In this document: piece by piece, positions 1-12,152 of the stretch | Layout: each line of letters starts with the position of its first letter | Numbering within the stretch: the first letter of the stretch is position 1 | Assembly (NCBI GenBank): GCA_051362555.1 | Contig: CM120645.1 | Location: 13,206,001-13,270,000, forward strand | Direction of reading: 5' to 3' | From: Lingula anatina | Lineage: Eukaryota; Animalia; Brachiopoda | DNA length: 64,000 bases | Translations under genes and position numbers: made by a program | The notes under the pieces: generated by a model | What the model saw: only the letters and a program-made list of their open reading frames with translations | What the model was told of the DNA's origin: nothing | Databases searched by the model: none

Positions 1-699
1 GCAAAAAATTACTTGCATAACAAGTTGTTTTTTATTTAATAAAAAAGACGCTCTGGAATGACACAAGGACTAAAACCAATACAAGTATGAAGAATGTGTA
101 GCTAGTAATATCAAATGTATGTCCATAAAAACGTCTGTTAAGCAGATAACCATTTCGCACGTTGTTTTTGGCAATAACATGTGCATTTTGAAACAGCACA
201 GTAAGGCGGTCTCTTTCATCCATTTGAAGCTTTGGCAGGGACTGTCCAGTCCGAGTCTAAGTTCCTTCTTCATTTTATTTCTTTTTTTTTTTTAATAAAA
301 AGAAACTCAAACTGTGAGCTTTCATCAAGTTCAATTGCACTTTCTCCAACTCGTGATGAACGGTACATGCAAATACGTACATATGTTCCATAATTTAAGA
401 ACCCGTAATAAAGCTGTAACATTTATGTTGCTATTGATCAAAATGATAACTTTAGTACTCCTGACACTCGGCTCACACTATTTTCCTCTCCTACAGATCA
501 CAAGTCCGCCAGGGCCTACCTTCTTTCCAATTTATTAAACTTCCATTTCTCTTCTTCACTTCGTTTTCATTTTTGCCACGCTTTGCACCAACTAAGTGTT
601 TAAAGTTCAACAACGTCATTTTTTAAGCAAAAGGCTTATCCATGAGTACTGTGTACGACTGATAATGAAGAAACAGAGGATCAAGTCGGTAAAAACGCA

Positions 700-1167
700 A
701 ATAGCACGAGCACATGTGTTGCGGCCATTTTGTTGTGTAGAGGTATTACGAAACGAAAACGAGACTGTACATTACATCATCCAGGAATTCCCCAACCTCA
801 GCCAGTCATAAAATAGTATTTGTGAGTGAAACTGAGGTTAATAAATTATGTATAATTAGCTGGGAACTCCCCGAGATTTTCACCCCGTCTCTCTTTCCGA
901 ATGAAGTAAAATATATCGTCCAGAAAAGAAACAACAACGTATTCCTTATATTTACACATTCCCAGTCAGTTTGAAAACTCGCCGGACATAAGGTCCGACA
1001 ATACAGGATTTTTTATCGGACCGAGACGAAATTTGCCAGGCATGTCCGACGGTCCGACGCCTTTCGTAAAGTCTGCAAGTTGACTACGTTGCTGCTGCAG
1101 CTGTTGTTGTATGTCTATATGTAGAAATTTGTTTGCTACAGTGTAAACGGACTACACAGACATCAAA
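700..1167 (+). promoter_or_regulatory. PPHLN1 promoter / 5' UTR region
   Basis: CpG-enriched relative to background, with a YY1-type motif GCGGCCATTTT at 721-731, directly upstream of the ATG at 1168. Confidence 0.45.
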
Positions 1168-2157
1168 ATGTGGAGGAAAGACTACAAATTTAATAGGGAA
1201 AAGCACAGGCGCTGTGGGTATATTTTATATATTTGTGTTTTGAAGTTTTAAAAAGTGTTACATGTGTCTAAAGTTTGGATTCACCATGCCACTATGTTTA
1301 CGGAATGAATTTTGGAAGTAAATATAAAAAAATGTGGATAACGTGAAATATTTTTCACAAAGTTCTACTGGACCAGCATTGGCAGTGACAGATGAAATAA
1401 ATTGTGAGAATCATTAAAAAGGATAATGTTTACTTTAAGTAAGTAACAGTTCATCTGAGGAGAAGGTAGGTATAGTGGGAAGAGAAAGGTGCAAGGGGTA
1501 GCAGAAGGCAGACATGAATAGAATATATTGATTTTGTGTAGTTGTCGTCATTCTGACTTCTACACGCAAAAAGAAAGCCAAAGAAGGCTGAATATTAGTT
1601 TACAGCATCACTTAAAATGACTCTTTTTAATTGCTTTTCTGACCAGTTGATGTCTTAGTTTCACTTTGCTGTTATCTTTTAAAATACTAAAATATGATCA
1701 CCAGCTTATCTACTTTGACACAGTTATACACAGTTTGAATTCAGACTTGTCACAGACTTGTTGTGTGTTTCAGTTAAATAGTAAATGGTACATATCTGAT
1801 TTTTTTTCTAGTCATCAGGCAATAACCCATTAGTTAAGGCAACCATATATATTTAAAAAAAATAATAATTTGGTGGTGGTGCGTGTATATGTGTTTGAAT
1901 TTTTTTTTTATATATAATATGCATGCATGGTATCAACTGATAAAATGTATCAGTCAAGATGCTTATAAGACATTTTTTTTATTAACAGTCGACACATCTG
2001 TTGCTCACCCTATAACTGCCAGATTGTTTTCTTTTTCACTTTGCCTTGTCTCTTTGTTTGGTAAAAAGGAAGGTTCCTTTAAAAGTCAACATGATCATGT
2101 TACTTTTTACAAAAGTTATCATTATTATTGATCATATTGTATTATTTTTACAAAAGA

Positions 2158-2188
<31 letters not shown>

Positions 2189-5100
2189 TTTTTTTTTTGC
2201 ATATATCTTTGCTACATGCAGCCCATATGTGCTAATGTATATATTTTTATGAAACTCTCATACATATTGAATGGCTTTGTTTTTGGCAGTTTCACTATGA
2301 AAAACTACTATCATCAGATTATTGTACCACCAGCGTAGGCGCTGGCGGTACTCATGGTTTTAGTCCCGACCCGTATGTTCCGCCGGCTCCGCCGGCTCCT
2401 GCGGCTCCGCCGGCTCCTGCAGCTCCGCCGGCTCCTGCGGCTCCGCCGCCAAGTCACCGTTACCGCTTCTCCTCCTAGACGGTAAGGGCCTCCATACCCA
2501 TCTCTTGGATTTAGGTCACCTATAATCTCAACTCGTTCCACGTAAAATTTGGGCTTTGTCGGTATTGGGGTCTAGGTGTGGCACTCATTGCAATGCACCA
2601 TTGTCCAAAAATGGCAAAATTAAATGCTAATTATCTCCCCTATGGAAGGAATTATGGGAAAAATTTCTACAGACAGCTTTCCAAAAGTCATATGTGTAGA
2701 TTTCAAATATGCCCTTGGATTTGACCTTTGACCTTTATTTCAAGGTCAAACGGGCCAAAATTTTCAAAAAAACAAAATTTTTGCCGAAAAAAAATTTTTT
2801 TGCGCTCTTATTCAGACACCACACAGACTTAACTAATAATATTAATGGAAAGTGTTACCCTTCGGGTCATCTTTCATCTCCGTGAATTTGGGGTCAATCG
2901 GTGCATTTTCACGGGAGTAGCGGCCATAAGATATCAAAACTGAAAATTGTCTCTAATTCGGGAACAGTTAATGCTAGGCACCCATTCTTATTTTAATTTT
3001 GTAGAGCATGTAAAGCCCAACACTGGAGGTGGTCTCCGTTTTTTTGTATTCCATACGGTTTTCGAGTTACGCTTTATCAAAAAGTCATATACTGGTGGTG
3101 AAAGCAAAATGTGCGGGCTTGGCAAAGCAGACAACTTGTGGTCAAAAATGACATTATTTCATCAAATTTGAACATCTGGAACTTCAAAGCACCTCCCATT
3201 TCAAGAATTTTGACCAAAATGACCTTTTCTTTATCTTAATTAATTTTTTTCTGTAGGAAATTTATGGCACACTATGGTAACTCCAAAATTATACCATTTA
3301 GTCCCTTATATCTCCAAAACTGGCAGAGATAGGTCCATAGTTACTATTGAAGTTGAAAAGGAAGTCATATACTGGCAATCTAAATGTGACCTTAAAATTG
3401 ACCTTTGACCTACTTTTCACCATGAACTGAACTTTGTAAATTTTGCGTCCCTTTTATCTCGGAAACTGGCAGAGATAGGTCCATAGTTACTATTGAACTT
3501 GAATAGGAAGTCATATACTGGCAATCTAAATGTGACCTTAAAATTGACCTTTGACCTACTTTTCACCATGAACTGAACTTTGCAAATTTTGTTTCCCTTT
3601 TATCTCCAAAACTGGCAGAGATAGGTCCATAGCTACTATTGAACTTGAATAGGAAGTCATATACTGGCAATCTACATGTGACCTTAAAATTGACCTTTGA
3701 CCTACTTTTCACCATGAACTGAACTTTGTAAATTTTGCTTCCCTTTTATCTCCAAAACTGGCAGAGATAGGTCCATAGTTACTATTGAACTTGAATAGGA
3801 AGTCATATACTGGCAATCTAAATGTGACCTTAAAATTGACCTTTGACCTACTTTTCACCATGAACTGAACTTTGCAAATTTTGCTTTCCTTTTATCTCCA
3901 AAACTGGCAGAGATAGGTCCATAGTTACTATTGAACTTGAATAGGAAGTCATATACTGGCAATCTAAATGTGACCTTAAAATTGACCTTTGACCTACTTT
4001 TCACCATGAACTGAACTTTGCAAATTTTGCTTCCCTTTTATCTCCAAAACTGGCAGAGATAGGTCCATAGTTACTATTGAACTTGAATAGGAAGTCCTAT
4101 ACTGGCAATCTAAGTGTGACCTTGAAATTGACCTTTGACCTACTTTTTATCATGAAGTGAACTCTGCTTATTTCTTTCTCTTTTAACTTCAAACTTGACA
4201 GAGATAGGTCCATAGTTACTCTTGAACTTGAATAGGAAGTCATATACTGGCAATTTACTGTGACCTTGAAATTGACCCTTGACCTATCTTACGAAGAACT
4301 TAAATTTGATTGTACCATATATATTTTTTGCAATAGTTAAAAAATTCTTGTTGATTGCATTTTTACAGCTTGTCAAGAACAAAACTGGTGGCTGTGTCCC
4401 TTATTTTGTGTATGTGGGGGTCTATACGAATGCGCTTGCTCCAGCTGGTGGTACAATATTCGGAGGCGGTATCGCCTCTCTGATCCTCTAGTTTTTACAG
4501 TAGTTGTTGTTTACTGAAATGTGTCCATTTCCTTTGATACGGGGCAATAAGAATGAGTTTTTTTATGTTAAGTGTCTGCATATTTGCCATTTATGCTGTG
4601 TCCAGTTCCTTTATTACGTACTGTATTCAATTTATTTATTTATTTATTTGGGGGGTTGGGAGGACTCCTAAATGTGAAAGTTTGAGTGTGTTGCACCAAA
4701 TAAGGTATAATGGCATGTTGCTAGTTTGAGACTTTGTTTAAATTATGATCACTGGACTCTTCTTACATATTTTTTAGCGGTTAACCAAAGAGGTCAACGC
4801 TCATTTTCCCCATCAAGAAGGGCCAATTTTACTCAGTTCCCCAATTCAAGGGTAAACAGTTTACGAGCTCGTGCAAACCCCTGGTACAGACGAGGAAACT
4901 TTAGCATGCCAAGACGCGGATACACACACAGGTCTCGTAGGACAAGGTCCAAATCTAGGTCAAGGTCAAGGACAAGGTCTAGAAGTAAAAGCCCAAGAAG
5001 AAAAAACCTAGTATGAATATACTGTATTGTTTGCTTTTTTTTTTAGTATGAATATACTGTATTACAGTTTGATATCTCTCTCTCTCTCTCACTGGCTTAA

Positions 5101-8100
5101 ATTTTGGTTTTACGTAAGATGTATGTGTACAGTATGGGAAAGATTTCAGTATATTTTTGATTTGTTGTTAAGGTTTTATGAATTAGCATAAATATATCTT
5201 ACAATCAGCAGAATGCCATGCAGGTATTAGAATGTATGATACGTTATTTTACATAATCTGATGTCAGTGAATAAGTATGGCTGAAAATATAAAACAGTGT
5301 GTATAAGCTTGGTTTGCAATCCAAGGGTCATTATAATTTACTTAAACAACTGAAGATTTTTTTTTTCATTCTTACAGTCTTCCAGTTACAGACATAGTTT
5401 GGAAAGAAGTACGGAAAAAAATGAACATTCTTCCCCAGGTAGACAAAAGTCAAGTGAAAGAAGTCAAAGTCGTGATAAAGAAAGACGGTAAGTTGATACT
5501 TGGTATCCGCAGTAACTAAAGCACTGGAGAGAGAAATTACATGTATGGATACATGTTTTAAAAGTTTGCCCAGACTGCCTTTCAATTGAGTTAATAAATT
5601 TGCTCATAGAGAGCAAAAAAACTTGCAAAAGTTGTAAATTTTTTTAAATTTCAGTTTACTTTTAATTTTTATTCATTTTTGAATCTAGTAATATTTAGAT
5701 TTAATTACAAATTAAACAAGAAAATGCAAGTTGTACTGACAGCATATTTATTCTATCTAAATCTAACTTTATTTTACACTGCATTATAATTGCATAAATG
5801 ATTGCCATATTTTCTAGTCTATTTCATAAGTAGATATTTGATAATTATGTAACTATCTTTTCATATAAATAAATAAAACAATGTTAACATATGCTTAAAT
5901 ATGCAACAAAATAAAAAATAGAAACGAAATAAAGAAAAAAAATCACACGCCACACAGGGGCTCGAACGCGGGCCCTCCCGCTTACAATACAGAGCGACCA
6001 CTGTACCGCTTGAGCTATGAGCTATGCAGCCTTTTCATCTAAAGCAAGGCACTAAAATACAAGTCAACGTGCCGAGTGCACAGCGTCTAAAGATGCCTTT
6101 TGCGCACCACACCATGCATTCGTTGAGCTGAAAATACTTATAATTTATCCTTTCCCAGCCGCGCTTTAACACTAAATACTGCAAATTTAACATTCCAATG
6201 GCCGAAACGAAGCAACCGTCTGTCATATGATGCATACATTTACCCCCTTATAACACCTACCTCTTCTCAAAAAAATTTTTTAATGGCTGCCGTTCAACTG
6301 CCTCTTCCGTTTTAACCATGCATGTTACGGGCACACAAGCACTATAACGTGGCAGCCTACTCGCACAACCATATACTGCCTGACTGGTGAAAAATGGCCC
6401 GACCAACCAATAGACTTGCGAATTCTTTGCATGCAATAAAAACTCTAAATCACATTGTAAGCCTTGTATTAAACATTATCAAAAAACAGAACTTTGTAAC
6501 AGATTTTAATAAATGAATTTGTAAACTGAATCTGTTATTCCCCCTCTTCACAAAGCCTCATTCAAAACTGAACCCACATTTGAATTTGATATTTTCCAAA
6601 GTTTATATTAATTCACACCATACTGATGCTTAAAAGTTCATCCCTTGGCAGGTCTCTAGCATCGCCACAAGGTGGAGCCACTAGGACATCACCAGGTGGC
6701 ACCACTGTCAGGTCTTCTCCAGGGTCTCATTATTCCCGGCATTCTGCGTCCCAAGAGCGAGATTTCCATTCCAGTTCGAAGTCCCCAGAACAACAACAAC
6801 AGCATCGCAGGTTGGAGGATGGTGTCAAGTACATGAAGAAAAGCAGTGATAGTCGAAATGTCAGGACAAATAGTGCAAGTTCGGCCAATGGTTTAGATGC
6901 AGAGGCGCTGACTGGGTCACCATTGGTTCTTCAAACAGCCTCCAAGTTGAGTGAAGAAGAAAGTAGTGATGGATTGGCCTCAAAGCGTTCTCAGCAGTTT
7001 AACATGGTGCTAAAACCTAAAGTCCCGCTGCAGAAAATTAACATTTTAGACACAGATGCCCAGTCACCGCAAGATGTTGGAAAATGGATTCATGACATCC
7101 GAAAGACTGCAGAGCCCTGTGGTGATGGCTCTAGTAACAAAAATGAAACAAACAGTGAAGTCCAGCAGTCGCCCATTTCGTCTCTTGATGCCAAACTGAA
7201 GGAAAGAATGGGGTCCAGTAAATTTAAGCCATCTTTCACAGTCCAAAGTTCTGATGAAATGGGCCTTGCTGGTGATGAGAAAACGGTCGAAGGTCATCCA
7301 GGATCGGAGGTGTCAAGGTCAGACGGAGGGAGTAGCAAACCAGCCATGATGTCAGGGAAAGAGTTGGGCAGGGGACAGGATGTGAACAGTGCTACAAAGA
7401 GGAGGAGGGATGAAGAGTTGCTTTCAGAGGAGAAGAGGAGGAAGAAACTTACCGAACCATTTCAAAGTAAGTATTTTTTTTCATTATCGCATCAAATTGG
7501 CTTTATTTCTCTTTCATAAAAGACATGAAACTGGAAATTGCACCATCTCAATGGCTCTTTCAATAAAAGATACTCCCATTTCACCTTGAAAGTGTCAAGA
7601 TGGCTACTGACATAGTTGAGGCAGAGGCAGAAGCGGTACAGCTGTGAAGCTCCCAGCACTGGTGTTGATATATTCCCTGTTTTCTTCACTGTCTGTAGCT
7701 AGCTAAGCAGTGAATGCTCCAGAATATACAATGTACTAGATAAGTGTTCAATATCTCATTGGAGTGCTAGAGGCTGATCTTTTCAAGATGACTGTTCCTG
7801 GTAAAATTGACATTTGTATTTTATTAATTTATATGTATCAGGTGATTAATATATTATGTCATGTCAGATGCCTCATTTAATGATAAATTTATGTAGGTGC
7901 TGCAACAATTGTCATATTGAATGGTATTCACATGCTGTTTTGTATGGTGCCAGAACAGTTGAGTAGTAGTAATTTACTTGAATAAATGACATGTGGGTTG
8001 CAATTTATGAGTTATTTATTGAGGTAATGGTTACAGTGCCATTGTGACAGGTGTTTAATTCTGACGATTACCTTATCCACGTGTCATCATTATTATATCA

Positions 8101-8676
8101 CAAGGTGCTCTGTGTGTCTTCTTTATATAATCAAGTTTCTGCCCAATATGTCACTTGTTACTCTGCTGTGAATTTGTCACCCCTTTTTGTACACATATTG
8201 GATTAGTGCTTCATGTTTGATGGTCTAATTACCATGATGGGGTGCATGAAAAACTTGAAGAAATGTCTCCCGCAGATTGTTTTTTTTTTTAGAGGAAATT
8301 ACATTTTACAATAATTCCTGTATTTGTGATATTTTTTAGAAGTCGACTCTTCAGGTGAAGATGAATATAATCACAAATACACCAAAGATGTCGACTACAG
8401 AGTGGTATGGAGTAGGCGACCCTTACCGCACACCAGCAGCTCTGAGAGGAATGGCACTCAGGAACACTTAATGGAGGCCTCAATGTCAGATACCGACCAA
8501 TCAGGGGGGAATCGTTCCAAGGGCACTTCAAAGCCATTGGTCAATGGAGTTGGGAACCATCTTGGGCTAACAGTGGAGAATATGAAAATGCTGATGGCCA
8601 AAAAGAAGGAAGTTGAGAAGGTTTGTTGTGCAATAAATAGTTTTGGATACACCAGTTGCTTTATTTAAAACTTCTC

Positions 8677-8723
<47 letters not shown>

Positions 8724-8762
8724 TTTTTCAACATTTTAAGGTTGAGATTAAACAAACAAGTT

Positions 8763-8823
<61 letters not shown>

Positions 8824-9944
8824 CTCTCCATTTTTGATCGTGTAAGCTCTGAGTTCACATAACTTTCTGCGAGAGGCAAACTACTCTTATGATCTGCTGA
8901 AGATATTCCCAATACAGTGATGTGATTTATAGAATACTGTACTGACTTTCATATTAACTACATGTATGCTTTTACCAGTGGACACTGGCCATTTAGTTCT
9001 CAACATTGATAAGTGGATACTTACTTGATACTTGAGATGGAAAACTGGTCTGTACATTGTAGTTAATATCTTAGGAAAAAGACACTTGTTATCTCATATT
9101 AGACTCCATTCACATGGAAAGTCTATTTTCTAAAAATCTATTTTCTATTCGCGGTATCTTGTAATCACGGTCCCTGTGCCCTGAATATCCCAAGAATTAA
9201 TTACAGCTTTGGAAGTAACTGGCTCGCGCCGCCAGTAATTACGCCGCGGGATATTCAGAGCACATACGGCGAATAGAAAATAGATTTTTAGAAAATAGAC
9301 TTTCCATGTGAACGAAGCCTTAATGACCTAGATATATACTCTATCTATGCCTTATTCATGCACATGTGGCTGACAATTATATGTGCAGTTGAAAGGAAAC
9401 AAGGTTGTGTGACTTGATGATAAAACCGTGACTTTATTCTTCAGGCATATAGACAGGACTGTGAGACATTTGCTACAGTGGTGAAGATGCTGATCAGGTA
9501 ATAATATTATATAGGCAAAAGGCTTACATAGGCATGTTTGATGATAAATGACCAGATGGTAATTTAAAAGAAAAAAAAAAGACCTGCAGACTAACACTTA
9601 CTTGTCAATACAAATAATTACCATTCAAAACTATTGTATAACAGAATATTTTCATATGTTCTTATTATGTACACATAATGTTAAATCAGACTAATTACTA
9701 AATGATACAGACAGTCTGTTTTGTTTTAGTATTATACCGGCTCCCTTCCTTCTTTACATCACATTCAGAGGTACTTTTAGTTCTAATTTCTTTTTTAAGC
9801 AAAGACCAAAGTCTGGAGGAGCCAATCCAGAGAAGTTTGAAGTTGAACCTGCAAGAGATTGGTCAGCATTGTATTGAAGAAGTACAGCATTATATTGAAG
9901 TGCTGCAGTCATCTCAACAACAACAACAGCAGTCCTCTGAGTAG
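1168..9944 (+). CDS. PPHLN1: Periphilin-1 (HUSH complex subunit), 7 coding exons, ~560 aa
   Basis: Phase-consistent exons 1168-1213, 4778-5010, 5378-5487, 6652-7466, 8340-8620, 9445-9497, 9800-9944 (1683 nt incl. stop). The C-terminus KKKEVEKAYRQDCETFATVVKMLISKDQSLEEPIQRSLKLNLQEIGQHCIEEV closely matches the periphilin C-terminal domain as I recall it in human (YRQDCETFGMVVKMLIEKDPSLEKSIQFALRQNLHEIGERCVEEL). The N-terminus starts MW and is Arg/Ser-rich. The exon 1 donor (GCT|GTGGGT) is the least certain boundary. Confidence 0.92.
2319..4491 (+). mobile_element. Non-autonomous Helentron/DINE-like element, family 1 copy A (PPHLN1 intron 1)
   Basis: Subterminal inverted repeat TATTGTACCACCAGC / GCTGGTGGTACAATA, 5' palindrome GTACCACCAGCG..CGCTGGCGGTAC, (GGCTCCGCC)n microsatellite, ~7 central 146-bp repeats, 3' hairpin GGAGGCGGTATCGCCTCT, terminal CTAG followed by a T-run, no TSD. 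Confidence 0.85.
3300..4290. repeat. 146-bp tandem repeat (~7 units) inside Helentron copy A
   Basis: CTGGCAGAGATAGG recurs at 3320, 3466, 3612, 3758, 3904 and 4050, with a diverged copy at ~4194. Confidence 0.95.
5948..6022 (-). pseudogene. tRNA-derived SINE head or tRNA pseudogene
   Basis: The minus strand has an A-box TAGCTCAAGCGG, a B-box GTTCGAGCC and a downstream T-run. The acceptor and anticodon stems do not pair canonically. Confidence 0.6.
8681..8806. repeat. (CA)n and (AT)n microsatellites
   Basis: Read directly from the sequence. Confidence 0.95.
9102..9319. mobile_element. PIF/Harbinger (Tourist-like) MITE in PPHLN1 intron 5
   Basis: ~50-bp TIRs (TTCACATGGAAAGTCTATTTTCTAAAAATCTATTTTCTATTCGC) with a TTA TSD at 9099-9101 and 9320-9322. 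Confidence 0.85.
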
Positions 9945-10012
9945 GGCTGACATGTGCCATGTACCCTGATGTACCACATTCCATGATGGGCTAAATCTCC
10001 ATTTCTGGGGAC

Positions 10013-10165
10013 TTTAGGACCATTCCCAGACCCTGTCGTACTAACTGTGGATCAGTCTATCTCCGAGGGGATTCCTCCTAAGTTGCAATCAACTTAAGCG
10101 GCTTAGATGTCTGTCAGGCCTACTTAAGATGCTAGGGGGTAATTATTTATCGTTTAGCAGCTTCA
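10013..10165. mobile_element. MITE fragment in the PPHLN1 3' UTR (same family as 50244-50459)
   Basis: The CATTCCCA end and the segment ATGTCTGTCAGGCCTAC..GCTAGGGGGTAATTA match the reverse complement of 50340-50385. Confidence 0.5.
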
Positions 10166-10712
10166 GCAGGCATGCCAGTATTTGTCTTGTTTCCATCCCA
10201 ACCTGAAGGCACTGTGCGTATTTACTGTGAGGAGTAGGGTAGGACAGGGGGTTGGGGAGGAGGGATGTCAGAAAGCAAGGATTTGGACTTATTAAATAAT
10301 TGAAAGATTTTGGAATCTTTTAAAACCATTTTTTTGGTGTGAAGACAGGTTGCCATTGTCGCAATTTGATGTTATTACAATCCAAGACATTAAGTCTAGA
10401 ATGACGTGCTGTGTCAGTTTTAAAATTTACCTAAATGCTTGTATGTGTATGATACTGAGTTGTAGTTGATGATTATGAGTATGATTCTTCAATCTTGGGG
10501 AGAATGTCTTGAACTTAGGCTGACATGCCACAATTTCAGTGATATTTGTCTGTATAAAGTTTGTTGTTGGTTAAAAAGAAATGCATGAATCACGGAAGAG
10601 ATCCATGTGCTTGGTGCAAATAATCCTGCCATATTTGAGATAATTGCCATATATGACTATTGTATATTGATATTTATTGATTAATTTATGTTTGATTTTT
10701 GTTTATGTTTTA

Positions 10713-10718
10713 AATAAA
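10713..10718 (+). terminator. Candidate polyadenylation signal of PPHLN1
   Basis: AATAAA ~770 nt after the stop codon, preceded by a U-rich tract. Confidence 0.45.
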
Positions 10719-12152
10719 ATGGGAAATTAAAATTTAGGAATTATAAAGCCTGTCTGTGGTAGCTCCGTTGAATTTATCAAATTGAGACAAATTTATTTAA
10801 TTTATTAAACATTTCTACAACACAGGTTTAATTCAGTCTATGTCGTTTTGCCACTTGTATTATTTTATGATCAGTAGTGGCATTTCATTCAACTAATATC
10901 TCTAGTATACCTTGACTAAGAGCAATATTAGTAGGAAAACTATTGATCAGTGATTATTGAAACTTTTTTGGGTGCTCAGGATGTGTTGAAATTTTAACCA
11001 CTTATTTTTGTGCCTCAAAGGCTGTAGGTTCACACAGGTGATGAAAGAAATAATACCACTTTAGCTTGGGACTCATCTGTTTGATAGTTCACTGATATAA
11101 TTATACAGAATGTGCAGAGCACAGCTGAGTAAAGTATTTTTGAAATGCAGAATATCATGTGAAAATAGAAACAAAATTGTGGCAATCTTTTTTCACAGGT
11201 TGTCGTGTTTGATATTTAAGAAAGCTGGTTTAAGATATCAGTGGAACAGTATGCTGTTTTAATGAGGTGTAACAATGTCAGACATTTTTTTAAGTGTTCT
11301 AGATAACTTACGCATCATATTAAAGGGAGAAGTTGCAGTTGCCATGAAAAAATTAGAGTTAATTTTGTATCTCATATTTTTGAATAAGTCAGCATTGCCA
11401 ATTGATTGATGAATTTTGTCCTATCTCATGTTTTACATTTGATTTATAGTTATTTAAATCCATGTTTAACATGAAACACTGGGTGTTTAAGAGACTGAAG
11501 CTTTTTAATGTGAATTCCTAGTTTTATAGAAGTACAGTGAACCCAGTTGCTACTACTATGTGTCCCTAGAAGGGGGTTTTCTTGAAAACATTTTTGGAAC
11601 TTGTATGTTTCATTCTCATTGAAGCTGGCAGCAGTTAATGTTATCAGGTACAATAAAAACCCAAGCTTACAGTGAAATGACTTCCTTTGTTATTAAAAAT
11701 ATTTTTCTTGTATTGGTTTTGTCATCATTTGTTTTATTTTCAAAATGAAGAAAAAAAAACTTTGGATCACAGAAACCTGTAAGTAAACCACAGGAAAACT
11801 GTAAAGTACTGAAGATATTTTACAGTACACTTCCATAAGCTCAACTGTAAATCGATAAAAGAAGGCTCGAATCTAGGACCCATTGTTTGAAGGATCCTAG
11901 CATGTACGCAAGATTAACAAAACCATTTCATTTTCATTGCAACATACGTAGAGTTTCTTCTGATTACTCAGGATTTCTTCCAACTACAATGGTTCACATC
12001 CTCTAACACAAATTTCTTCAATATAATTCTAAAACTGGAGCATATGTTTCCATTAGCTAGTAATTTGGACTGTGGAATTTGTAGAGTTCATAATTTGCTT
12101 TAGCATATAGAGATGGTTGAAGTCACTCCTTACTCTTCTTTACTGTTCAATT

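Noticed and set aside
5948-6022. Functional tRNA gene
   Set aside because: Promoter boxes are present, but there is no proper acceptor stem or 7-nt anticodon loop.
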